Below are positions 8,295 to 16,123 of a DNA stretch of 32,000 nucleotides, piece after piece. The position numbers and the translations under genes were made by a program. Numbering within the stretch: the first letter of the stretch is position 1; each line of letters opens with the position of its first letter. The stretch spans positions 444,357 through 476,356 of the forward strand of contig CAVZVI010000014.1 of the NCBI GenBank assembly GCA_963778675.1, written 5' to 3'. The DNA is from Bryobacterales bacterium. Lineage in GTDB: Bacteria; Acidobacteriota; Terriglobia; Bryobacterales; Bryobacteraceae. Below the pieces are notes generated by a model. It saw only the letters and a list, made by a program, of their open reading frames with translations. It was not told where the DNA came from and searched no databases.

Positions 8295-10279
8295 CGCAGC
8301 ACTTGAAACAGGTTCGAGTAGTCGTCGGTCCAGACGCGCAAAGAGCGTTGCCGCGGCTCGGGGGCGCTCTGCTCCGGCAGCATGGCCAGCGCGTCGCGGT
8401 TCGCCGTCACCACGACCCAGGTCGCAGCGTAGTAGTCCTTCCCGGGATCCCCCGGCGTTTGAACCACGCGCGAGCCTCTTCCGCTGTCGCGCGCCAGTGC
8501 CTCTACCACCGGGCTCAAGTCCAAATACCGGTTGGTCACGTTCACGACCAGGATCCCATCCGGCTTCATGTTCCGGTAATAGAGCGCGAATGCCTCGCGG
8601 GTCAGCAGGTGCACCGGAATCGAATCGCCGCTGAATGCATCCACAACCAGCACATCGAAATTCTGCGGAGCCTCGTGTTCCAGCGACAGCCGCGCATCGC
8701 CTCCGACTACATCCACGCGACAGGGGCACTCGCGTAAGTAACTGAACTCGGTGTTCGCCATCGCTATTACCGCCGGATTCACCTCGTAGAAGCGATAGAA
8801 ATCTCCCTTCCGTCCATAGCCGGCCAGTGTGCCCGTCCCCAGCCCGATGACTCCCACACGCTCCGGCCCCTTCTGCAGAAAGCGGATCGCCAGTGCAACG
8901 CCCGAATCCGGCGAGTAATAGGTTGTCGGAATCCGGCTCCTGGCTGGTGAAACGAACTCCGCACCATGTTCAATCGGTCCGTTGCTGAGTACGCGGAGGG
9001 CATCCTCTCCCACGCCGGACTGGCTGATCTTGAGCGACCCGTAGAAGTTTCGTTCCCGGACTTGCGCTCCATCCGTGTACCCGCCGATCAGCACCGCGGC
9101 CACCAGTCCGGCTGCGACCATTAACCCCAGCCGCAGCAGCCTGCGCGGCGGATATCCGTACAGCAGCGCCATCGCCAGCAACATTGAGCCGGCCACCCCG
9201 GCCGGCAATTCGAGGTATTGGTTGAACAGCAGCGGCGCGGCCAACCCCACGAAGAGCCCGCCCAGTGCTCCACCCACCGCCAGCATCAGGTAATACGACG
9301 TCAGTTCCCGCGCATGCGGTTTGCGCCGCGCCAGTTCCCCGTGACAGAACATGCAGCAGGTGAACAGCGCCAGAGAGAGCAGCAGAATCGTCCACTTGAT
9401 CGAATCGATGGCCCCGCGCTGGTACAGGCAATACCAGATCACCACCCACGCCGCCGGGAGCGCGATCCGGAAGACGGCCGGCCGGTACCAGCCCTCGCGG
9501 TCGAAACACAGGATAAAACTCAGCAGATACAGGCTCAGCGGCAGAATCCATAGGAACGGAATGGGCGCCATATTCTGGCTGAGCTCATTGGCCACTGCCA
9601 TCCACAGAACCGAGGGGCATGCCGCCAGGGCGAGCCATAGCATTCGCTCCGTCAATGGGGTGGACGGGCGTTGTGCCGCTTCCGCGGAAGCGCCCGGCGC
9701 TCCCAGCAGCGCCGCCGGCACCGCCAGCAGCGCCAGGGTGGCATATCCGGCCGACCACGCCGCCAGTTGATGGTGCACCGAAATCCACGGCTCGATCGCA
9801 AACGGATACGCCATCAATGCCGCCAACGACCCCGCGTTCGAAAGGGCGAACAGCCGGTATGGGAACGCCGCCTTGGCGCGCCGCGCGAACCACACCTGGA
9901 TCAGCGGACCGGTCGCGCACAGCAACAGATAGGGCAGGCCGATCGACACCGCCAGCACCCACACGACCCGCAGGATCGGCTGGCCTTCTCCCGCCGGTTT
10001 CCATGCCGCTGCGGGCGCCACCGGGAGGAGGAGAAGGCTGCCCGCCAGCATCGCGATATGGAGCCCGATCTGCACCCGCGGCGCCACGTGCCGGGTCGTC
10101 CAGTGCGCCCAACCGTATCCGAGGAGCAGCACGACCTGGAAGAACAGCATGGCGCTGGTCCAGACGCCGGCCGATCCTCCGAACCACGGCAGGATCGCCT
10201 TGGCCATGATCGGCTGGATCAAAAACAGCAGCAGCGAGCTGACGAAGATCGTGCCGCCGTACAAGAGCCTGAGGCGCAT
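8291..10279 (-). CDS. Fused polytopic-membrane / spermidine-synthase-like (class I SAM-MTase fold) protein
   Basis: 662 aa. The N-terminal roughly 400 aa are multi-TM. The C-terminus carries 'VGVIGLGTGTLAGYG...FYEVNP' and 'DVLVVDAFSGDSIPVHLLTREAF', typical of spermidine-synthase-like domains. Confidence 0.8.
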   Translation of the reverse strand: MRLRLLYGGTIFVSSLLLFLIQPIMAKAILPWFGGSAGVWTSAMLFFQVVLLLGYGWAHWTTRHVAPRVQIGLHIAMLAGSLLLLPVAPAAAWKPAGEGQPILRVVWVLAVSIGLPYLLLCATGPLIQVWFARRAKAAFPYRLFALSNAGSLAALMAYPFAIEPWISVHHQLAAWSAGYATLALLAVPAALLGAPGASAEAAQRPSTPLTERMLWLALAACPSVLWMAVANELSQNMAPIPFLWILPLSLYLLSFILCFDREGWYRPAVFRIALPAAWVVIWYCLYQRGAIDSIKWTILLLSLALFTCCMFCHGELARRKPHARELTSYYLMLAVGGALGGLFVGLAAPLLFNQYLELPAGVAGSMLLAMALLYGYPPRRLLRLGLMVAAGLVAAVLIGGYTDGAQVRERNFYGSLKISQSGVGEDALRVLSNGPIEHGAEFVSPARSRIPTTYYSPDSGVALAIRFLQKGPERVGVIGLGTGTLAGYGRKGDFYRFYEVNPAVIAMANTEFSYLRECPCRVDVVGGDARLSLEHEAPQNFDVLVVDAFSGDSIPVHLLTREAFALYYRNMKPDGILVVNVTNRYLDLSPVVEALARDSGRGSRVVQTPGDPGKDYYAATWVVVTANRDALAMLPEQSAPEPRQRSLRVWTDDYSNLFQVLR

Positions 10280-10370
10280 TGGTCTGGCTCATCATCTCAG
10301 AAATAGGGAGCCGCTTCCACACGCCGCCCGCTTCCATATAAACTGGCACTGCACCCGGTCGCCACGAGGG

Positions 10371-11636
10371 ATGAGCCACCCCACTCCGATTCCGTATACA
10401 AGCCGCGTTCGCTACCGCGTCGTCGCTGCCCTGGTGGCGCTGGCCGGGGTCACCTACCTCGACCGGGTCTGTATCTCGATTCTTGCGCTTTCCATCATGC
10501 GCGATCTCGCGCTGACGCAGATCGAAATGGGATATGTCTTCAGCGCGTTCACGCTGGCGTATGCCATCTTCGAAATCCCGACGGCCTGGTGGGCCGATCG
10601 CGTGGGGAGCCGCCCGGTCCTCACACGCATCGTCCTGTGGTGGTCCGGCTTCACCATGCTCACCGGCGCCGCCTTCAGCTTTTCCTCTCTTCTCGCCGTG
10701 CGCTTCCTGTTCGGAGCGGGCGAGGCCGGAGCCTGGCCCAACGCCGCGCGCGTCTTCTCCCGCTGGGTGCCTGCACGCGAGCGAGGCCGCGTACAGGGCG
10801 TCTTCTTCGCCGGCGCTCACCTGGCCGGCGGCCTCACTCCCGCGCTGGTCGCGTGGGTCGCCACGTTCCTGCCCTGGCGGCTGGTCTTCTTCCTGCTCGG
10901 TTTCGTCGGACTCGCGTGGGCCTTTTTCTGGTATCGCTGGTTTCGCGACGAACCCGCCGACCACCCTTCTACTTCCGCCGCCGAGCGAAGCCTGATCGAA
11001 AAGGAGCGCGGCCTTCCGGCCGCCCATGGCTCCGTCGCGTGGGGCCCAATCTTCCGCACGCGGAGCCTGCTGCCGCTTTGCATCCAGTACTTCGCCAACA
11101 CGTACGGGTTCTACTTCTTCATCACCTGGCTGCCGGTATACCTGGCCAAGGCGCGCGGAATGGCATCCGCCGAACTCGCGCTTTTCGCCGGCCTCCCGCT
11201 GCTGCTCAGCGTCACCGCCGATATCACCGGCGGCATCGCCACCGACGCCCTTTCCCGCCGCTTCGGCGTGCGCATCGGCCGCTCCGGAGTGGGCTGCGTT
11301 GCCTACCTGCTCGCCGCCGCCGTCCTTTTCATCGGAACGGCATCGCCGCACGCGAAAACCGCCGGCGCCCTGATTGCCGTGGCCGGCGCGCTATCCATGT
11401 TCACCCTGGCGCCCAGTTGGGCTACGGCCATCGATCTCGGCGGTTCGAACGCCGCGGTCCTGAGCGCCACGATGAACACCGCGGGACAGGTCGGCGGCGT
11501 CCTGAGCCCCATCGTCCTCGCCTACATCGTGGACCGCTTCGGGAACTGGAGCCTCCCGCTCTATCTGCTGGCCGGCTTATACCTGGCTGCCGCCGTCTCG
11601 TGGGTGCTGATCGATCCGCGTCGGCGCGTGTCTTGA
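10371..11636 (+). CDS. MFS transporter (anion:cation symporter/ACS-like)
   Basis: Start reassigned to ATG 10371, preceded by GAGGG, because the longer ORF from 10149 overlaps the divergent gene. It has 12-TM-like hydrophobicity, plus 'LDRVCISILALSIMRDL..EMGYVFSAF..AYAIFEIPTAWWADRVGSRP' and 'RFLFGAGEAGAWP' MFS motifs. Confidence 0.85.
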   Translation: MSHPTPIPYTSRVRYRVVAALVALAGVTYLDRVCISILALSIMRDLALTQIEMGYVFSAFTLAYAIFEIPTAWWADRVGSRPVLTRIVLWWSGFTMLTGAAFSFSSLLAVRFLFGAGEAGAWPNAARVFSRWVPARERGRVQGVFFAGAHLAGGLTPALVAWVATFLPWRLVFFLLGFVGLAWAFFWYRWFRDEPADHPSTSAAERSLIEKERGLPAAHGSVAWGPIFRTRSLLPLCIQYFANTYGFYFFITWLPVYLAKARGMASAELALFAGLPLLLSVTADITGGIATDALSRRFGVRIGRSGVGCVAYLLAAAVLFIGTASPHAKTAGALIAVAGALSMFTLAPSWATAIDLGGSNAAVLSATMNTAGQVGGVLSPIVLAYIVDRFGNWSLPLYLLAGLYLAAAVSWVLIDPRRRVS

Positions 11637-11659
11637 TTTGATATCATCGGTCCAACTCG

Positions 11660-13003
11660 ATGAGGAGTGTCCGGGTGAGCGTCCGAAATTGGCTGGCTCC
11701 TTTCCTGCTCGCGACCGTGCCCGTCTGGAGTGCTTCGGCACCCGTCAAGCTACAGGTGATCGCGGAGCAGGACGTACTGCGCGCAGGCGAGCAACTGACT
11801 GTTGAAGTCCGTCTCTTGAGCGCGGCGAACCAACCGGCGGCCGCGCCGCGGCCCTTTCACGTACTGTTGCAGGCACGCCTTCCGTCCGGCAAGGTGGAGA
11901 ACCTGCGGGCCGTTGATTTCGCGCCGGGAGAATTCTCGAAGAAGTTTGCCCTGGCGCTCCCCGGCTCCGGGCTGGTCTATCTTTGGGCGAAACAGGCCGA
12001 GCTTCTGCCGGGAGGCGCGTTTATTCGCGTCAAGGCGCCACCCCCGCGCGCCGCGTCACGGCCAACTCCGCCGCATGGCTCCATCTCCGCCATGGCCGAC
12101 ACGGTGATGACCCTCGCCCCGCTCGAACTCGCGCTGCGATACAGCCCCGACCGCGCTTTCCTGGCCGATGGAAACGATTCCGTTACCGTGCAGGCCTTCC
12201 TGGTCGGCGATGCCGACGCCGCTCCGCGCGACATCCGCCTCAACGTCTTCGACAGCAGCGGCACGCTGCATCCGGCTCCCCTGACCATTCCGCGAGGTGA
12301 AGCCAGCGGCCACGCCGTTCTTACGTCAACCCATCCCGGCACCGTCACGGTCGAATACCTGGGCAGTGCTCCCCCTGCTCAAATGGAAGGCGATAAGAAA
12401 CTGCAGATCCGTTTCCGGCCGGCCATCACCCGGCTCGACCTCCGGGCCAGCCCACCCGGGATCTCGCTGCTCGATACCTCGGACCTGGTGGTTACGCTGA
12501 CCGACAGTCAGGGCCGTCCCCTCGCTACCGACTCGCCGCGCGCCGTCAACCTCATGATCGACGCCGGCCGCGGCGTGATCGAGAGCCAGCAGTTGCAGAT
12601 TCCCGCCGGAGGCTTTCAAGCCCGCAGCCGCTTTTTGCCGGGAATGTCCGGGCAGGTAACGGTCTCCGCTTCCACCCCCAACCTGCTCACCGCCGAGGTT
12701 CCGCTCCAGGTCTCCCTTCCCCTCACTTTGCTGCTTCTTTCGGCGCTCGGAGGGACTGCAGGCGGGTATCTTTCGTACGTGAAGCGAAAACGATCGGGCC
12801 TCCGCCAGGTCTGGATCGGTCTCATCACCGGCTTCGTCTTTTACTGGGCCTGCATCTTTTTGGGACTGGCCTCCGTCAGCCGCGGAGTTGCCTTGAACCC
12901 GCTGAGTGCGCTCGTGATTTCGATCGCCGGAGGATGGCTGCAAACCAGTGTGCTCGGCATGCTCACCTCCCGCCTGAAACCGCGCTCCGCCAAAGCCGGG
13001 TGA
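11660..13003 (+). CDS. Signal-peptide protein with tandem Ig-like (Big/invasin-like) repeats and a C-terminal 3-TM anchor
   Basis: 447 aa. N-terminal signal 'LAPFLLATVPVWSASA'. Repeated roughly 90-aa beta-sandwich-like units ('ADGNDSVTVQAFLVGD', 'LLDTSDLVVTLTDSQGRPL', 'GQVTVSAS'). Hydrophobic C-terminal helices surround 'YVKRKRSG'. Lies 23 nt after the MFS gene. Confidence 0.6.
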   Translation: MRSVRVSVRNWLAPFLLATVPVWSASAPVKLQVIAEQDVLRAGEQLTVEVRLLSAANQPAAAPRPFHVLLQARLPSGKVENLRAVDFAPGEFSKKFALALPGSGLVYLWAKQAELLPGGAFIRVKAPPPRAASRPTPPHGSISAMADTVMTLAPLELALRYSPDRAFLADGNDSVTVQAFLVGDADAAPRDIRLNVFDSSGTLHPAPLTIPRGEASGHAVLTSTHPGTVTVEYLGSAPPAQMEGDKKLQIRFRPAITRLDLRASPPGISLLDTSDLVVTLTDSQGRPLATDSPRAVNLMIDAGRGVIESQQLQIPAGGFQARSRFLPGMSGQVTVSASTPNLLTAEVPLQVSLPLTLLLLSALGGTAGGYLSYVKRKRSGLRQVWIGLITGFVFYWACIFLGLASVSRGVALNPLSALVISIAGGWLQTSVLGMLTSRLKPRSAKAG

Positions 13004-13004
13004 T

Positions 13005-13568
13005 TTATTTCTGCGCCGGCGTGGGGGTTCCGTGCTCCACGTAATTCTTGAACCGTGCGAACTGCTGGCCGAGCACGCGATCGAACACCGGCGCGAGAGT
13101 GTTCATCCCCGCCGGCAGATACCCGCTCACCGCGTAAGAGTATCCGACCTTGACTCCGTCCCCTTCCGGGACGATGTCGATAGTCAGGCTTCCAGCGGCG
13201 CCCATCGATTGCAGCGGCCCGAGTCCTCCGGTCATCACCAGTCGTTTGCCCGGCGCCAAATACACCACTTCCATGTGCCGCACTCCCCCCTGGTCCGGCA
13301 GTTTCTCGCAGAAGCAGCCCATCGGCTTTTCCTCGATGGAGAGGTTGTGCGCATCGCCGGAGAACGTGTGGACGGGATCCCACCAGTCGCCGACGCGCAG
13401 CAGTTTCCGGTAGGCCTCTTCCGCACTGGCCCGGATGGCGATCGTTGCCTTGACCGTGAACCCTCCGGCCGAAGAATCCGCCACTTCAGATTTCGCCGCC
13501 ATTGGAGCGATCGTTAAAAGAATTGCCACGGCTGCGGTGGCGCTGATCCATTGCATGGAATCCATCAT
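13005..13568 (-). CDS. SRPBCC (START/AHSA1/polyketide-cyclase-like) superfamily protein with N-terminal signal peptide
   Basis: Start trimmed to ATGATG at 13568/13565, with GGAG 9 nt upstream. The rest of the 400-aa ORF is antisense to padR. 'GFTVKATIAIRASAEEAYRKLLRVGDWWDP' and 'LAPGKRLVMTGGLGPLQ' resemble SRPBCC ligand-binding domains. Confidence 0.65.
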   Translation of the reverse strand: MMDSMQWISATAAVAILLTIAPMAAKSEVADSSAGGFTVKATIAIRASAEEAYRKLLRVGDWWDPVHTFSGDAHNLSIEEKPMGCFCEKLPDQGGVRHMEVVYLAPGKRLVMTGGLGPLQSMGAAGSLTIDIVPEGDGVKVGYSYAVSGYLPAGMNTLAPVFDRVLGQQFARFKNYVEHGTPTPAQK

Positions 13569-13593
13569 AGCCTGTGCTCCGGCGAAGACGCCC

Positions 13594-13622
13594 TTGACGA
13601 ATGGTTGTCCCTCATATATATA
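13594..13622 (+). promoter_or_regulatory. Sigma70-type promoter candidate for padR (TTGACG-N17-TATATA), giving a near-leaderless transcript
   Basis: TTGACG at 13594-13599, a 17-nt spacer, then TATATA at 13617-22. The padR ATG is at 13635 with no Shine-Dalgarno sequence before it. Inverted repeat TGAT-N4-ATCA (13624-13635) and palindrome ATCATGAT (13633-13640) overlap the predicted +1 and start codon. Confidence 0.4.
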
Positions 13623-13634
13623 TTGATCGATATC

Positions 13635-14003
13635 ATGATGCGACCGGTTCGTCCCGAAGATTTTCTGCCCCTGAAGCCCCACTGGTTCCATATCCTGCTC
13701 TCGCTCGCCGATCAGGAACAGCACGGCTATGGCATCATGCAGGAGGTGCTCGATCGCACTGGCGGCAAAGTGCGGCTCTGGCCCGCCACGCTCTACGGCA
13801 CGCTGAAACGCCTGACGGACGCCGACCTCATCGAGGAATCCGGCGACCGCCCGTCGGCTGAATTGGACGATGCCCGCCGCCGCTACTACCGCTTGACCAA
13901 GCTCGGCCGCCGCGTGCTGGCCGCCGAGAGTCAAAGGTTGGAGGACCTGGTCCGCGTGATCCGCTCCAAGCGCGGAATCGCAAAGCGGGAGGTGGAAGGA
14001 TGA
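13635..14003 (+). CDS. PadR-family transcriptional regulator
   Basis: 122 aa from ATGATG 13635. 'LPLKPHWFHILLSLADQEQHGYGIMQEV...LWPATLYGTLKRLTDADLIEE...RRYYRLTKLGRRVL' is a canonical PadR winged helix. Confidence 0.85.
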   Translation: MMRPVRPEDFLPLKPHWFHILLSLADQEQHGYGIMQEVLDRTGGKVRLWPATLYGTLKRLTDADLIEESGDRPSAELDDARRRYYRLTKLGRRVLAAESQRLEDLVRVIRSKRGIAKREVEG

Positions 14004-14525
14004 CCCGGAACCGTCCTGTGGCGTGGAGCCTGCGCCTGTACCGCACCCGAGCTGCGCCAGGATGTCCGCTACGGGTTGCGTGCGCTGCGTGCTTCGCCCG
14101 GTTTCACAGCAGTGGCCCTGGTCTCGCTCACCCTGGGGATCACGGTGGCCACCTGCGCGTTCAGCGAGTTGAACGGCTTCGTGCTGCGGGACGTCCCCGG
14201 AGTGCAAAGGCCGGGCGAACTGGTGCTGCTCGAATCGCCTTCCTCGTACCCGGCTTACCGGGAGTACCGCCAGCGCGAAGATCTCTTCAGCGGAGCGCTC
14301 GCCTTTCTGGCGCCCGTGCCCTTAGAAGTGTCGCTCGGCGGCCGCACCGAGCGCGCGTGGGGCCACGCGGTCACTTCCTCCTACTTCGAAACCCTGGGCG
14401 TGCATCCGCTCTTCGGCCGCTTCTTCGACCGGGCGGACGACCGGACCGGGCGCGAGCCTCGCGTGGTGGTCAGCCACCAGTTCTGGCAGGACCGCCTGGG
14501 CTCCGACTCGCTGCGCCAGGAGTGA
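14000..14525 (+). pseudogene. Truncated (and probably frameshifted) N-terminal remnant of a PadR-linked ADOP/MacB-like permease
   Basis: The frame-3 translation 'ELRQDVRYGLRALRASPGFTAVALVSLTLGI...SYFETLGVHPLFGRFF...VVVSHQFWQDRLGSD' matches only the first roughly 150 aa of the two intact roughly 800-aa permeases here, then hits TGA at 14523-25. The only ATG (14000, in ATGA overlap with the padR stop) is in a different frame. The homologous frame has no canonical start before TTG 14076. Confidence 0.7.
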
Positions 14526-14654
14526 GCGACCGTACGAAACGAGACAACTCCCTGCGGTCCGCATGAGTTTTCCCGGCGGATTACTTTGTAACGATGGCAC
14601 AATACCCTCTGATCTTTGACCCGCGCGGAGCGGGAATTAGCGGAGGTGTTTACG

Positions 14655-15458
14655 ATGAGAAGCAGGGGATTTGCCGGTGCGCTGGCCTGCAGCGTGATGC
14701 TGGCCGGCGTGGCGGTGGCCGCGGACCGCGGCCCACAGGAGGGCAACAGCGCCCACAATTCGCAGTGCGCGGGCCTGCCTTCGCAGGCGACCCTCAAAAC
14801 AGCGCTCAAAGCTGCCCGCGCCCAGATGAACGGCGGCTTCAACCTGGATATGTGGGGCGTCATCGTCAATCGCGACGGCGTGGTCTGTGCCGTAGCCTTC
14901 ACTGGAAACGACCGCGGCGATCAGTGGCCGGGCAGCCGAGCGATCGCGGCGCAGAAGGCCAACACGGCGAATGCGTTCAGCCTCCCCGCTCTGGCCCTTT
15001 CCACTGCGAATCTTTTCAGCGCCGTCAATCCCGGAGGCAGCCTCTATGGTTTGCAGGCCAGTAACCCGGTGGATACCAGCGTGGCTTATGGCGGCAACGC
15101 GGCCCACTACGGCCAGCCGAACGACCCCATGGTGGGCGGCAAGATCGGCGGCGTCAACGTATTCGGCGGCGGTCTCGCCCTCTATAACTCGAGCCACCAA
15201 CTCCTCGGGGCTCTCGGTGTCAGCGGCGATTCCTCCTGCGCGGATCATAATATCTGCTGGCGCACACGGAATAACCTGGCGCTGGACTATGTTCCCGCCG
15301 GTGTCAGCGGCGATCCCACCCGCCCCGATAATATCGTCTACGACATCAGCGCGAACGCCGGCTTCCAGATCGGGTTCAGCGTGAGCGGCTGGGGGCACCC
15401 GGTGTGCAGCGCCAGCGCCAAGACCATCGCGGCTTCCTTACCCGTGGTTCGCCACTAA
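14655..15458 (+). CDS. Exported GlcG/HbpS-like (DUF336) putative haem/cofactor-binding protein, extended form
   Basis: ATG 14655 lies 7 nt after GGAGG. Signal peptide 'MRSRGFAGALACSVMLAGVAVAA'. 'VIVNRDGVVCAVAF', 'AIAAQKANTANAF' and 'VFGGGLALY...LLGALGVSGDSSCADH' match DUF336 core motifs. At 267 aa it is about twice the usual domain length. Confidence 0.7.
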   Translation: MRSRGFAGALACSVMLAGVAVAADRGPQEGNSAHNSQCAGLPSQATLKTALKAARAQMNGGFNLDMWGVIVNRDGVVCAVAFTGNDRGDQWPGSRAIAAQKANTANAFSLPALALSTANLFSAVNPGGSLYGLQASNPVDTSVAYGGNAAHYGQPNDPMVGGKIGGVNVFGGGLALYNSSHQLLGALGVSGDSSCADHNICWRTRNNLALDYVPAGVSGDPTRPDNIVYDISANAGFQIGFSVSGWGHPVCSASAKTIAASLPVVRH

Positions 15459-15464
15459 CACGGC

Positions 15465-16085
15465 TCACTCGAACCGCCGGCGGAACTCCTCGAACTCCCG
15501 CCGCAGATCGGCGAGGCCGGCTTCGAGCGCGGCGATCCGGTCGCGGTCGCCCAGCCCCCGCGCGGGCGCCGCGTCGGTCTCCTCGCTTACCTCGACGTCT
15601 CCCGCCAATAAGTGCCCATACCGCGGTTCCTTGAAACCGGCATGCCTCGGGAGCTTCTTGACGAACCCCATCTCGGCCAGCCGGTGCAGGGTGCTTTCCA
15701 CCGCCTCCAGGTCGTCGAAGGTGTACAGCCGCTCCGACCGTCCCCGCACCTCCCCCAACGTCTGCGCGCCTCGCAGCATCAGGACACACATCACCGCCTG
15801 CTCCCGCCGGCCCAGGTTGAATTTTTCGGTGAACCGCTGCGCATGCTTCGGCACCCGGCTGTCCGACCCGGTAATGCGAAGCGCCAGCCCCTTCTCCCGC
15901 AGGCCGCTGAGGGACGTCTCCACGGTCCCCTCGTCATAAGACACGACCGGCTCGCGATTCGACTTCTGGTTGCAGGCGTTCACCAGCGCATTCAGCGAGA
16001 GCGGATAGTAGTCGGGGGTGGCGATCTCCTTTTCCAGCAGCGCGCCCAGCACACGCGTCTCCGCCGCGTCCAATTGCCAGTCCAT
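15465..16085 (-). CDS. YceH-like DUF480/UPF0502 family protein
   Basis: 206 aa. 'LDAAETRVLGALLEKEIATPDYYPLSLNALVNACNQKSNREPV' is the characteristic N-terminus of YceH-like winged-helix repeat proteins. Confidence 0.8.
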   Translation of the reverse strand: MDWQLDAAETRVLGALLEKEIATPDYYPLSLNALVNACNQKSNREPVVSYDEGTVETSLSGLREKGLALRITGSDSRVPKHAQRFTEKFNLGRREQAVMCVLMLRGAQTLGEVRGRSERLYTFDDLEAVESTLHRLAEMGFVKKLPRHAGFKEPRYGHLLAGDVEVSEETDAAPARGLGDRDRIAALEAGLADLRREFEEFRRRFE

Positions 16086-16123
16086 AACTTTAGTTTACGT
16101 TGCTAACATGAGAGATCGAGCTC

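Noticed and set aside
10149-10370. A 5' extension of the MFS ORF, which the track starts at 10149.
   Set aside because: The extension overlaps the N-terminus of the divergent 8291-10279 gene and encodes non-MFS sequence. ATG 10371 with an upstream GAGGG begins the recognisable MFS N-terminus.
13569-14207. An N-terminal roughly 210-aa extension of the minus-strand ORF 13005-14207.
   Set aside because: It runs antisense through the well-supported padR gene and has no homology signal. The SRPBCC domain with its signal peptide starts at ATG 13568.
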